Source of the DNA: Chrysomallon squamiferum
Lineage: Eukaryota; Animalia; Mollusca
Length of the DNA: 64,000 bases
Direction: 5' to 3'
Assembly (NCBI GenBank): GCA_012295275.1
Contig: CM022678.1
Coordinates: 1,116,001-1,180,000, forward strand
The position numbers and the translations under genes were made by a program. Positions 40,970 to 53,279 of this stretch are shown piece after piece (the first letter of the stretch is position 1; each line of letters begins with the position of its first letter). The notes under the pieces were generated by a model, which saw only the letters and a list, made by a program, of their open reading frames with translations, was not told where the DNA came from and did not search any database.

Positions 40970-41385
40970 TGTTATTTTAAGCTATCTGTAAGCTTACTAT
41001 AAGAAAATGATATGCTACTAGCTCCTGAATACTGCTCATATATCTTTGTGCAAGAATACACAGGAGTTTGACAAGTGTATTATACTTAGAACTGATACAA
41101 AACGTATTTACACTGTCACCAAGCAACCAGAGTAACGTACTACGTGCAAAGTTGTGACATGTCGTTTTACAAAAATATCACGTGTAGTGTCTAAGCAGAC
41201 GATTTACAGAGCGTGGAGTTTGTGTCAGTTTGTTAGTTGACAAGATTCGAGTTTTACTTCGATTTGTATTAGAAGTAGGCAAACTTAAAATATACTGTTT
41301 TTAGTAGTGACTGTTGACTGTTTATTTAATAATTTTAAATTTATAAATTGTTGACAGTGATCCCGGCTTTCGTTTCAGTTTTCAT
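40970..41385 (+). promoter_or_regulatory. Putative promoter block, copy 2, with IRF-type element at 41367-41383
   Basis: Paralog of 37543-37890; CTTTCGTTTCAGTTTTC reads GAAAACTGAAACGAAAG on the minus strand, fitting the IRF-E/ISRE GAAA-repeat consensus. Confidence 0.4.
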
Positions 41386-41929
41386 TTAAAAATAATTATG
41401 AACTAATAAAATTATATTTCTTTTTTTCTTTCTTCCTTTTTTTCTTTTTTTTAGTTGATTTATAAAGCAATAAATATACGACCAAAAAGTGTATTATCAT
41501 CATCCCATTATATTTAATTTTGCGCTGTATTAACTTGTCGAAGGTTTAGAAACGGACAAAGATGGCACCAGTAACGGTTTAAATTATCGAAAGAGGAATA
41601 AAATATCTAGGCAATAACTGATTGTTTAAAAGTACAAAACTGAAATCAGTTGGTTTTGTCAAGTATTGATACTAATGTAAATCAATCTTTTCAAGAAGTT
41701 TCAAAAATATATTTTTTTCTCTTGGTCTTCTTTCCGTCTCTCTGCATTCTATAAGTAATGTGTATCTTGTTACATATAAATCCAGTAAAGATGATAAAGT
41801 AATACAAGGTCTGTGAGAGAAAACACAAAACAAAATTAAATTTGCTTGGAAACTAGTTTACTATCCAGACGGTAAAAGTCATGCACCTCCATAAATGATG
41901 TTCACACATATAGTAGAAGCATCACACAT

Positions 41930-42560
41930 TTTTGACAGTGATGGCGCATGCTGTTAACCAGACGTTGGAAATAATGTTGAGGAATCGCTTGTCCTGGAAC
42001 CAAGCTCCTGGTCCAATCCGCTGCAGAAGTGGAATTACAAAAGCTTGAACAATCTCGTTCAGATAACGCTGACCAGTCAAATATTCAATAATGATGTACA
42101 CTTACTCCTCCAAAATGGCAGCACATATTTTTTCTTGAAGACGGTAAACACAAATAATGTGTGTGAATAATGTATCTGCCAGTTGTCCACGGTTCCATCA
42201 GATATCACGTCCGCACCAATCAAGATGAGCCATTCTGCGACGGACAAGTGGCTGTGGTCGGACATTGCAAATCTCGGTCTCGCAGACGACTCCTAATGGT
42301 CCCGTCAGACACAGTGTTGCCTGTAGCAGCTCTGAGTTGATCACAAATTCTACGTGCGGGAACAGAATGCTGTCGCAACCCTTTTATCATCAGGAAACGG
42401 TATTCTCGTTTTGTTGTTGATCGTAGTCGTCCACAGTCTTTCGATAAACACTTTGGTTTACATTTAGACAGTGAGCCACAGATCTTTGAGTGTGTCTTTC
42501 TTGTAGCCAGCCAATGACTCTTCTCCTGCCTTGCAAACTGAATTGTTGTCGAACCATCTT
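41930..42560 (-). mobile_element. Decayed Tc1-family transposase
   Basis: HTH start MVRQQ..QGRRRVIGWLQ...QRSVAHCLNVNQSV, central RRRLRDRDL, and LTGQRYLNEIVQAFVIPLLQRIGPGAWFQD (Tc1 FQ(Q/D)DN region); frameshifted. Confidence 0.8.
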
Positions 42561-42829
42561 CAAATTTAAAGTGATGATGAAAGCAAAATGCTGATCCCGT
42601 TTAGAACTAAAATTTGTCTGCACTGAATCACACTCATGCTAAGCACGTGCAAATAGATCAAGAGCTGTCACACTGCGTGTAACAAGGCACGTTGTCAGCT
42701 GAGTCTGACCATATTTTTGGTTCACATCCACGAAAATAAAATCTGGGTGAATTTAAAAGCTTTCAAAAGATTATGGGAACGATTGAATTCCCCTTAATAA
42801 TGCAATGTCTTTAGTCCAAAGGTAGTCTT

Positions 42830-43010
42830 AGAAAAATATCACGTGACGTGTCTAAACAAACGATTCACAGAGCGAGCAGACGGCGTAGAATTTGTGTCAA
42901 TTCGTTAGCTGACAAGATTCGAGTTTCACTTCGATTTCAAATACAGGTAGGCAAACCTTACACTATATTCCGGTCCGACATCCGAAACTTGGCTTTCGTT
43001 TCAGTTTTCA
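42830..43010 (+). promoter_or_regulatory. Putative promoter / first-exon block, copy 3, with IRF-type element at 42993-43009
   Basis: cacgtgacgtg, AGTTTCACTTCGATTTC, cag|gtaggc at 42946/42947 and the same CTTTCGTTTCAGTTTTC as copy 2. Confidence 0.4.
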
Positions 43011-43713
43011 TTTAAAAGCTATTATGAACTAATAATATTATAATATATTTTTTGCATTGTTGTATTTGTTGGTAACTGCTAATGCCCGCATTGGTAACAC
43101 AGGAAAACATTAAATATCCAAACAAACGGTATATTTTAAGTAGGTATGCAGGAAGTAGGCCTGACTCTGTGACCGGTTTTGTTCTGCCTTGCGCATCAGT
43201 CGCTGCCTTTTTGTTGTATTAATCGGCCGTAGTTTTAGGAAGATGGTATCTGTAAGGGATCAATCATCTCATAAAACCAGTCGATAGAGGAATAAATGTC
43301 CACGGAATAACTCATTATTTAATAATACAAAATTAATATTAATTGATTTCGTCAAATATTGATGCTGATGAAAATCAGTTTATTCAAGAAGTTACCAAAA
43401 ATGTAGACATTGATTGAAACTATTTTCAATAGAGAACGTTTAGTCATTTTTAATAACAAAAATCAATTCCATGTGCATTGACTTGGTATAATTATAATTT
43501 AATATTGAACTCTAAGGTGAAATGATTAAGGATATTCCTTTCTAAATAATAATAATAATAATAATAATAATGATGATGATGATGATGATGATAACAATAA
43601 TAACAATAATAATAAAATAATAATAGTAATAATAAAGTAATAAATAAATAAGTAAATAATGAAATAAAAACAGTTGACTAAACAAAGGAAAAACAGATTG
43701 TGATAACAGTAAG

Positions 43714-43745
<32 letters not shown>

Positions 43746-46020
43746 AAAATTTAGTTTTTTTAATTTGAAATTTTAATATGGAGTTTTTTCTCATTAAAAT
43801 TATTTTTGACATACCAGGTTATATAAGATTCACAATAGCCATGTTCTAAATTTCTCAACATTATTAAACGAAAATTAATTATTTATTAAATTACATCCCT
43901 AAGATAAATTAAATCAAAAGATAAATACTAAAATACAATTTTGTAAATATTTGTGAGTGAAATGTTTATTATTAATGTTGTCGCTGTCGTTAATTTTTGA
44001 AGTGGACAAGTTTGAACTTGTTAATCACGATTTCCGGTGATTGAACAGAACCACGTGATTTAAAATGGAGAAATTATTGCATCCGAAAAAGAAAGGTAAA
44101 GAAATTTGTAATGCACTTTATGTATTTTATATATATATATATATATTTTATATATTTTAATCCCGATAAACATTGAAATTACTTTGATTCTTTATAATAA
44201 TTTAATTTTTACTGAATGAAACTACTATTAAGTACTATTGATGATCATAAATTATTGTGAACACTGCAGAATAATTTTTAAAAGCATGAAACTTTTTTAA
44301 CCTCTTAAACAATGTTGTTGTTATTATTATTATTATTATTACTGTATAATATCACTTTTTTCAGTAAGTCCAATCCCCTAAACAGTTAATCGTTGAATAC
44401 TTACACTGTAATATATATATTTTTTTATACAGATATAAGAGGAAATGTGTCTGTAGATTAATATGAAATCATGAAGTGATCAAGATTTGGAATCAAGCAT
44501 GTAGCAGATGACTGAAAGCTGAAAGGTACGAATTCGCAATGTGTGTTTATACAAGCAGACACAGTGAAGGAAAAATGATCATGTACAAGATGTGACAGCA
44601 TCATCCTGATTTGAGGTATTGTTCACTATTTTATAATTATGTTTTATGTCCAGAAATGAAAAGTTTACCAGCTTCATATGTTGTATTAAATAAGTAACTA
44701 AAAACAGTTACATATGAGCAGTTAGAGTTAAAAGTGTGGTCCACTGAAGAACACGATGTTAAGTTCTGTAGGAGTTTAAACTGAACACAAAAAAGTGACA
44801 CCTGCTTTAAATTCATTGTAATACTTGTCTGGAAAATGCTGAGTGATTAATAACACAAGTGATACAGCGACATTACAGGAAACTGAGTTGTGAAAGAACC
44901 CACAGGCAACAACGAAATGTAAAAGTTGTGTCAAACTATTGTTATCAAAGTATTTTTATCACCAGTCCCATCTAACATTGAAAATATAATCTCAAAGGTA
45001 TTCAACTGCAGAGTTCATAAAATAGTTTAAGAAACCTGATTCAGAGAGAAAATGTTACTTTGAGTCTCTAGATTACATCTGTAGTTAAAGGGTTCAGTGA
45101 CAAGTAAACATTCAACTGCCTCCAGCATCTGACTCGTCTCTCCAGTTAAATGTTGGATTTGTAAAATAATCAGTTGCTGTCATTTCCAGTCCTAAGTTGA
45201 TTCCACTTCCTTTGTTTATATAAAATGTTTTGATGATACCCAAATGTGCTCCAATAAATAAAAAAATAGACTCCTGACTGGCCAGAGCAGAATTGTTAAA
45301 GCCTTGTTTTACAGGTGGACTGTTAGTTGATGAAATTACTAATGACAGTGAGTGTAGTCAAGCTGATACCAAATACATTTGCTGGACATCACTTCTGTAT
45401 CATTCCTTTTGTCTGCCATCTTTGTGCGTCTGACGTTCTCCTTCTTGTCATTTTTACTGTGAATGGCTCAGCTGTTGAATACAGTGGAGGTAAATATTCA
45501 TATCTCATGCACGAACATTCTGCAGTTTGGAAAAATTATGCACACAAATTCGTAAGGCTTCACTTATAGTTTCCGTAAAACTTAATTTAGTACTGATATT
45601 GAGAAAACTGAGCATATAACTTAGTAAAATTATTCTGATATTATCTATACAATTTTATTGTTTATATTACAATTTAGTGTGAATATTGAGAAAACTAAGA
45701 ATATGTTTTACTGAAACTATTCTGATATTATCTTCTCATTTTCATTGTTTATTCAACTTAATTTAGTATTATTAATGAAAAATGTTTCAATATAAGTTAC
45801 TGAAACTATTTTTATATTGTTTATTTACTTAAATGAGTAAAAGTATTATTATGATATGGGAATTTACATTGTTTATAGAGCATAGTTTGATATTAGGATT
45901 AATAAAACTAAGAACATAACCAAGTAAAACTATTTTTATAATTATTAGATTTACATAATTTAATAGTGCAGTTCAGAAAACATACTATAAAGGCTTTGTG
46001 ATAATGATTATATTTTGCAA

Positions 46021-46083
46021 GTCGACCATCAAGACTTATACGAGAGGAGATTTTTCCTAACAGAGGTGTTTTTCTGTCAGAGA
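46021..46083 (+). pseudogene. 63-nt exon-like unit (GRPSRLIREEIFPNRGVFLSE) with acceptor AG>AA
   Basis: ttttgcaa| here versus tttttgcag| in the paralog at ~31458; donor a|gtatga; phase 1-1. Confidence 0.4.
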
Positions 46084-46666
46084 GTATGACAAAATTGTTT
46101 ATATCTTTATCAGTGCAGTATACCTCAGTTTAGTGTTTACTTTTTGATAAGAAATTCTAAATGGACAAAATTATTATTTGTGTGTAAAAATGTAGCTTTT
46201 CAATTTATTGTTTACTTTTTATTATCATTTGTAAATTGACTGATACTGATAATAAATTAACAATTCAAACGGCTTTATATACAGTCTGACTGACGAAAAC
46301 ATCAAAAAGGAAAATAAAAAGATAAACGATGAGAAAAATATAAACATTTACACACTAATTACTCCCGACTATTATAATTATTGTGTTGACATTATTTACT
46401 GTAATACTGAGGTCATATGTCACATCTAGGCATAATTAGTTAACAATATTGAGCACACTGTATACAGCAATACTATTTAGACAAATTGTATTCCACTGTA
46501 TTCTGCCAAATCTCTACATACAGATAAAAACATTTTTTTTTTTTGTGTGTTTCAGACACTACTACTATGTTTAATAATTATGTCTAATTCTCAGGATTTT
46601 GCAGGTAAACACATTTTTGGAAATTATGTATTGAAATTATGATTTATAAAAAAAAATTCATTGAAG

Positions 46667-46729
46667 GACAACAGCTTGCAGACATATCTCATTCTGGTTC
46701 TACTCAATTAGGAAATAACTATGTATCTG
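46667..46729 (+). pseudogene. 63-nt micro-exon, GQQLADISHSGSTQLGNNYVS, donor GT>AT
   Basis: Homologous to 34076-34138; followed by ataagt instead of gtaagt; pyrimidine tract deleted. Confidence 0.6.
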
Positions 46730-47100
46730 ATAAGTTTAATAGATAACAGAATACACAGTAGTCATTAGTAGTACTTTTCTGTTAGACATTGTGACCCGAA
46801 CAACATAGAAACATGCACAATATACAATGTATATTTATCTGTACCTACATTTAGCACATACACAAAACACGCACATATACACACATATACATGCAGACAC
46901 ACAAACACAAATATGTTCAGACAGTCACAGTGTATGTGTGTTAAACTGAATGTTGTTATATCTCTACACATAGATTATAAATCTGCTACTATATTTAATA
47001 ATTATATATAATTCTCAGAATTTTGTAGGTAAAAACATTTTTAGAAATTATGCATTGAAACTGTGAATTATAAAAATGTATTTACTCTGTTTCACAGCAG

Positions 47101-47163
47101 GACATCAGACAACACACATATCTCATTCTGGTTCTACTGAAATAAGCCATAACACTATAAACA
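47101..47163 (+). CDS. 63-nt micro-exon, GHQTTHISHSGSTEISHNTIN
   Basis: tctgtttcacagcag acceptor, a|gtaagt donor, phase 1-1. Confidence 0.65.
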
Positions 47164-47568
47164 GTAAGTTAAAAACTGAAGTTTTCTCTTCGCTACATTT
47201 TAACAGATAACACAATACAGAGTAGTCATTAGTACTTTTGTCAGACATTGTAACGTGAACAACACAGAAACATGCACATAAATTCATAGACAAAATGCAT
47301 ACATACCTGTACTTACATTTAGCACACACACAAAATATCTACATGCAGACATGGAACAAACAGACACACACACAAATATATTCAGAAGCAGACACACACA
47401 CAAATATATTCAGACACAGTGTATGTATGTTCAACTGCATGTTGTCATATCTCTATATCTATTTAATAATTATATCTAATTCTAAGAATTTTGCAGGTAA
47501 AATCATTTTTAGAAATTATCCATTGAAGGTGTGAATTATGAAAATGTATTTTCTCTGTTTCACTGCAG

Positions 47569-47622
47569 TACAGCAGCAAGGAAATTCTAGTACTGTTCAA
47601 ATAGGAAATAACTATGGATGCG
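47569..47622 (+). CDS. 54-nt micro-exon, (I)QQQGNSSTVQIGNNYGC, containing a VQIG RHIM-type core
   Basis: tctgtttcactgcag acceptor, g|gtaagt donor, phase 1-1; 9 nt shorter than its siblings with frame preserved. Confidence 0.65.
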
Positions 47623-47874
47623 GTAAGTTAAAACTGAAAGTTTTCTCTTCTCTACATGTTTAATACATAACAGAATACACATCACAGTAGTCATTTTCAG
47701 AGACACAGTGTATGTATGTTAAAGTGTATACTGTCATATCTCTACGTTAACACAAAAACATTTTTTATTTTTTTGTATTTCAAACACTGCTATATCTAAT
47801 TCTCAACATTTTGCAGGTAAAATATTTTTAGAAATTGTGAATTATAAAAAAGTATTTTCTCTGTTTCACTGAAC

Positions 47875-47937
47875 GACAAGAGTCAGCAAACGTATCTCAT
47901 TCTGGTTCTACTCTAATAAGCGGTAACACTATAAACC
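47875..47937 (+). pseudogene. 63-nt micro-exon, GQESANVSHSGSTLISGNTIN, acceptor AG>AC
   Basis: cactgaac| replaces cactgcag|; donor c|gtaagt intact; an in-frame AG at 47879-47880 could rescue a 57-nt exon. Confidence 0.55.
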
Positions 47938-48260
47938 GTAAGTTAAAAACTAAAAGTTCAATAGATAACAAAATAGATAATAGATGTTTAATAGGCAACA
48001 AATACATAGTAGTCATTAGTACTTTTCTATCAGACACTGTGATCTGAACAATATAGAAACATGCCCATAAATATATAGACACAATATATATATATATATA
48101 TAAACGTACACACTGTACTTACACTTAGCACATACACAGAACGTGTACATACAAACACACACATGTAGATACAGACATGGATTGCAAAGACAGAGACACA
48201 GACAGAGACACAGTGTATGTACGTTAATCTGTATGCTGCCATATCTCTGTTTCTCTGCAG

Positions 48261-48307
48261 GACTAATGCCAGGTAACATATCTCATTCTGGTTCTAATGA
48301 AATAAGA
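48261..48307 (+). pseudogene. 3'-truncated micro-exon, GLMPGNISHSGSNEI
   Basis: Good acceptor tctctgcag; homology stops at ~48307 and joins sequence paralogous to 34381 onward; family donor lost. Confidence 0.5.
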
Positions 48308-49429
48308 GTTATTGATGTCACCAGGTCGTAGCAAGAAACACATTTTAAAAAATTCCTTAAAAATCATAAGCCTGCAGCAGTGTACTCGACCAACCAACAA
48401 CTTGTTGAAACATTCAAGAATTTTATATTATAGAATTAAAAAAAAAGTGTTCTTATGCTGATTACAGCAGGTCAGAAATATGAAAACAGATGCTAAAAGG
48501 CATGGTCAAAGACGGATTCAAAACAACCTGCAGAAGAAATACTTGGTAGAAGTATCAGTGTTACTAACAGATTGATGCACATTATTTCACATGTTTCTCA
48601 GTTACACCTTTTTATTACAATCTCATTACGTCCATGTACGTTGAGATGGTAATGTTTGTCTTTATGTATACATACAGACAGACAGACAGACAGATATATA
48701 TTTGTTAACTTGATGGAGGTTTTGTCCTGGTTTGGCACTTGTGATCCTACTGGAAGTGAAGTTCACAAGTACAACCTAATTAACAGACAAGCTGACATCA
48801 CCGAGCTCACTCAGTAACTGTTTAGAAGTCATTTTACTGCAGTGCTGACCTAGCAATTACATAATTAACTTTTACCATGAAAAAACTAGTTATTTTTCAT
48901 TTAATCTAACAGACACTAAAAGTCTTGACATCCATTAATGTTGCCCAGAATACAAAACCCACTTGTCATATGTAATCTATCTCCACCAGTAATTAATACA
49001 TTATCCAAAGATGCTCTGATCTGCTATTCTCTGCTGTTAGGATTTTTTTTTTCAAATTTGTTTCTAGTCAGTGCTTAAAAAATCGTCATTTTCCTTATCT
49101 TATGTGAATATGCATGTTTTAGCATTTTGAATTACAATCTACATACTGATGTAGTAATGTTTTATTTTTGTTAATTTAATTTATTATTTTTTTATTATTT
49201 TGTTTTTAATTTATATTTTTTCTCCAAGGTCATTTATTCATACTCAGGTCATACTATCGTTTAGCAGTGGCTAGTGACTTAAGCAAAAACATGCGCATTT
49301 AAACAAAAACACACATACACACACACACACACTATTAATACTGTATGCCCTAAATTCTCAAACAAACATTTTTAGAAATAATGCTTATAGGCTGTGAATT
49401 TAAATAATATTTTTATACGTTTGCTGCAA

Positions 49430-49522
49430 TACAACAATTGGTAAAACATATAATGTAAATATGTGCAGAGGTAAAAATCAGTAACAGAAATATTGTATCA
49501 GGAGATGACGCTGTGGAAAACA
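49430..49522 (+). other. Degenerate homolog of the 8208 exon; possible 54-nt in-frame exon 49469-49522 (VKISNRNIVSGDDAVEN)
   Basis: Family donor a|gtaagttaaaaactgaaa; ggtaaaaca..aatgtaaatat shared with 8227-8247; original acceptor reads caa; internal gcag at 49468 gives phase 1-1. Confidence 0.4.
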
Positions 49523-52515
49523 GTAAGTTAAAAACTGAAACATATTTAATACATAACAGATCTACATGTCACATTAATCATCAGTATTTTACCATCAAAC
49601 ACTATGACCAACACATGTCAACACAGACATAATTCATACATACATATGTACATGTCTACCGACTACAAAGGGTGCATAAATTGCGAGAACAATCGTTTAA
49701 TTCACGTGAAGGTGCTCAAAACCGTCCTTGCGTAACTCATTTTCCGTTCGTCCAAACTGTGTGCTATGCTGAAAGATAGTTTGCTCATGGTTGAAATTAA
49801 ACTGCCATTCACCACATCAACACCATTGGCCTCTGAGTGACATTCTTTGGTGTTCAGTCTTTCTGCATTGCTACTTGAACAATGTCGTTGCTGCAGAGGT
49901 TACCGTAATAAAACCAAAACCTTGTTAACTAAGAAACTATAATTTTGAAATCAACATTAATATTTATAATACAAGTAATGCAATTTTTTTTTCTTTGAGT
50001 GAATGGAGTAGAAGAAATGAAAAGTTATTTTAATTGTTTTTACCTGTTTGGAAATAGCAGCCACTTCTGTTGGTGCAAGGCTGGAAATCGAGGCATTTGT
50101 CTCATTTCTTCGGTATTTAATTGAACAATGTCAAAAATGACTAATTATTCCCTTCAAATTATCAAAGCAACATTAATTATCTATAACACTCTCCTGCTTT
50201 TAGCTATAACTTTAAATAAATTACACTTTATTATATAAACAAAATAATATAACGATAATAATTTATTCCAGTCATAATCCTTAGTTTATATTTATTACTT
50301 CTAATTTATAAAATAAAATACATATTCTTTAAAAAAAGAGATTTATGGAAAAGAAAATGATTATGCAAATAATGTTTGGATAATCCATTAACGGGTTAAA
50401 TAAAATTTAGACACACACATACACAGGCACTTAAAAACATACAGACAACTAAACAGACAGACATTAACAGGCATAGCATAAGTTCTGACTGAAATTTTCT
50501 TCTTAAACTCTTAATATAACTCAACATGAATTAAACATGACTATATGCCTGTCATTATTATCACCTGTAAATATTAAATATACTGCAAATTATATGTCAC
50601 AATAAATCGTGAATATATGGGGGATATTAAAGATGTTTTAACTAGCACATCCCAAGATGTATTGTAGCAGTATCAGATTTTTCACTTTTTCCAGAACACA
50701 GGAAGTAGAACGTAACAGCTACGGGTGGGTTCAGACAATTTATTCGATGTCACACAAAAATGAAGACAAGGAAAAACACCCTACGAGAACAATAAAACAA
50801 TAAATATCACATCATAGAGTACATATAACATCAAGTTATAGAATAATTTATGTATATATATATAACATTTATATCACAATTTAAGCAAATGTATATCTAT
50901 AATACTATTCATCTCATCATAAAATAATGTAAATTGAATTATCTTGCTTTAAATCCTGAGTATTTAATGCCAAACTATAAAAGCATTTGATAACATAAAG
51001 CAAATACATGTAATAAATACACTTGATTAACACGACAAATACAACTAGTCATATACCACAGTTATACATGACAAACTGATATTTGACAAACATAATACAT
51101 AAAAACTCATACCAGGTAGATGACACCTGGGTGTAAGAAACTGGATTCTCCAGCACACTGAACGAGAACAGGACAATCTACAAATCAAATACAAGACATA
51201 TAAAAGAAACTACCGACAATTACACAATTAACACATCACATATCGCCAACCACGATGCACCAAAACATGTCCACACACACATAAAAAATACACATACAAA
51301 ATACATATACACAATTGACATTTCATTCAGATTGTATGTTTTCTTTAAGCCAGCTATCTTGAACAAATGTTTATTCAATGTAATTTAATCCATATCTCCA
51401 ATATAAATAATAATTACTTTATATATTCATAAAGTAATTAAACAAGTACTTTCTAATGGTGTTAAATAACAATGCATGTATACAAAACATACATATATTA
51501 AATAAAACAAAATACAGACTAACCTTTCAGATAATATCCACTTTCAAATAATAAATTCAGTTCCACCTTTAAAAATGAAATCTGGCCTGACAGTATGATC
51601 TTAGCAGGAGAAATAAACCTGAACACTTGAGCCAAGTTGTTTATTCCCTGATGGGCTTGGGAGAGGAGTTTGGGAACAATAGTTAACACGCAAGGCAAGT
51701 AACGTGTGTTAGTACAGTGTAAGCTGAATGAAACAATCACCACAATGACAAGTTACCAGCCTATTGTTTGGCATAACCTGGCTAGGGATAAAATAAAACT
51801 TTAGTTACACAATAAGCTGACAGGAGGCAAGCTGTAAATAAAACCTTACATTAATGACAAAGCCTGCTAAGAAGCAAATATCTGCAGATAAAACATTAAA
51901 TACAAATCCTAACTAAAACAAATACCACATACTTCCACAGTATTTGAATATGCTAGAGTATCAAAATAACGTACTGCTTAGTGGGATGTTGACGTAACAA
52001 TCAGTTAATCATAACATCGGTTTTGACCTCAAATTCCCACTATTCTCACCCATTGTTTTAGAGATAATAACCCACAGTTAACTTCGACCAGTCTGATCTC
52101 AGATTGGCAGCTATTTTCCAAAATAATGGTCATACTGTTTCAATTCATAAACATATACATTTTATTATTTAGGAAAGACCACATAGGATGTCTTATAATA
52201 TTCCTTCTCTAGAGTGGTGCCGAGACTTGTTTCAACTTCAGCAGACATGCAGACGCTAGTGGGTTCCCCAAAACAACATTTCACAAAGCTTATATAATTT
52301 TTAAGGAAATATGACATCCATTACGTATTAAAGAGGAGACTGGCGTCTTCATCACACTTAACTTATGTAATTCTTAAGCTTTACATAATAAAGAGGAGAG
52401 TCTGGTTGTCTCTATCACACCAACAATAACTCTAAAAAAGAACATTAGTGATAAGAAACACTGGCAGTAGTTTTGAAAGTAGTAGGAGTAAATATATAAT
52501 GTAAATAACAAAGAT

Positions 52516-53101
52516 GGTGTCAGGGCATTTCCCCATGGATACCCCCCCCGTGAGAGTTTCCCCCATCTACCTGTTTTAGCTGTCAAATATCCTTATAGTC
52601 TGAGTCATTAATAAGATTTTTGAAGCGGCCAAACATCGCTTAAATTTGGAAATAATGAAACTGCATAAATTATTCTTGTTTTTTTTTTTTTTTTTTTTTT
52701 ATCAACAAACTTAACTGTTTAAACTTCATGTCAACAAACTCCAATCATTATATTAATATCTGGCTGTTTCTGGATGATCCGGAACCCCTCCAAAAGACAA
52801 AAACACCTCAATACTTTAACACTGCACCAGATACTGTTGTGTCTACACAGACATCACCCAGTAGATTCAGGCTGTCATCACAGACTACGGCAACAGAGAC
52901 TGCCAGGATGTGCTCCGTGTTGCTGCACACAATCTCCACATGTAAAATGTTTCAAGTAAACAATTTGTGTCATATAAAATTATCTTTTTATCTCCAGATA
53001 ATCTGTACAAGAGATCAGTTAGGCTTGGCATGGTAGGCAGGGTGAATTGTCAAAGGGGAAATGATCTAGGGTGAAATGTCAAGGGGGAAATGCCCTAGAA
53101 T
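52516..53101. mobile_element. 586-bp MITE-like insertion (Mutator-type TSD length)
   Basis: Subterminal inverted repeat agggcatttcccc (52522-52534) / ggggaaatgccct (53084-53096); flanking direct repeat taacaaagat at 52506-52515 and 53102-53111. Confidence 0.8.
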
Positions 53102-53279
53102 TAACAAAGATATAATAATAATAAAGTAAATGTTTACTGTTTCATGAATAAAGTGCAGAGTAATTGTTATAGATCACTTTAATCATTCTGTTTTATGAAC
53201 AGTCAAAACTATTTACATGGTAAACTATGTTTTAAACAGTCACTAACAGATACTATTTTTTGTTTATGTTGTCATACAG

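Noticed and set aside
46560-48310. CRISPR-like array (constant flanks around variable cores)
   Set aside because: Units are 300-470 bp, the cores are homologous to each other and bounded by splice signals, there are no cas genes, and the context is eukaryotic.
52728-53036. ORFs 52728-53036 and 52774-52959 as upstream exons of the NTPase gene
   Set aside because: They lie wholly inside the MITE-like insertion and lack convincing splice sites.
53195-53279. ORF-track start ATG for the 1264-aa protein
   Set aside because: The first 28 codons look intronic (T-rich tract ending in cag at 53279); a spliced phase-1 entry is more plausible, though not proven.
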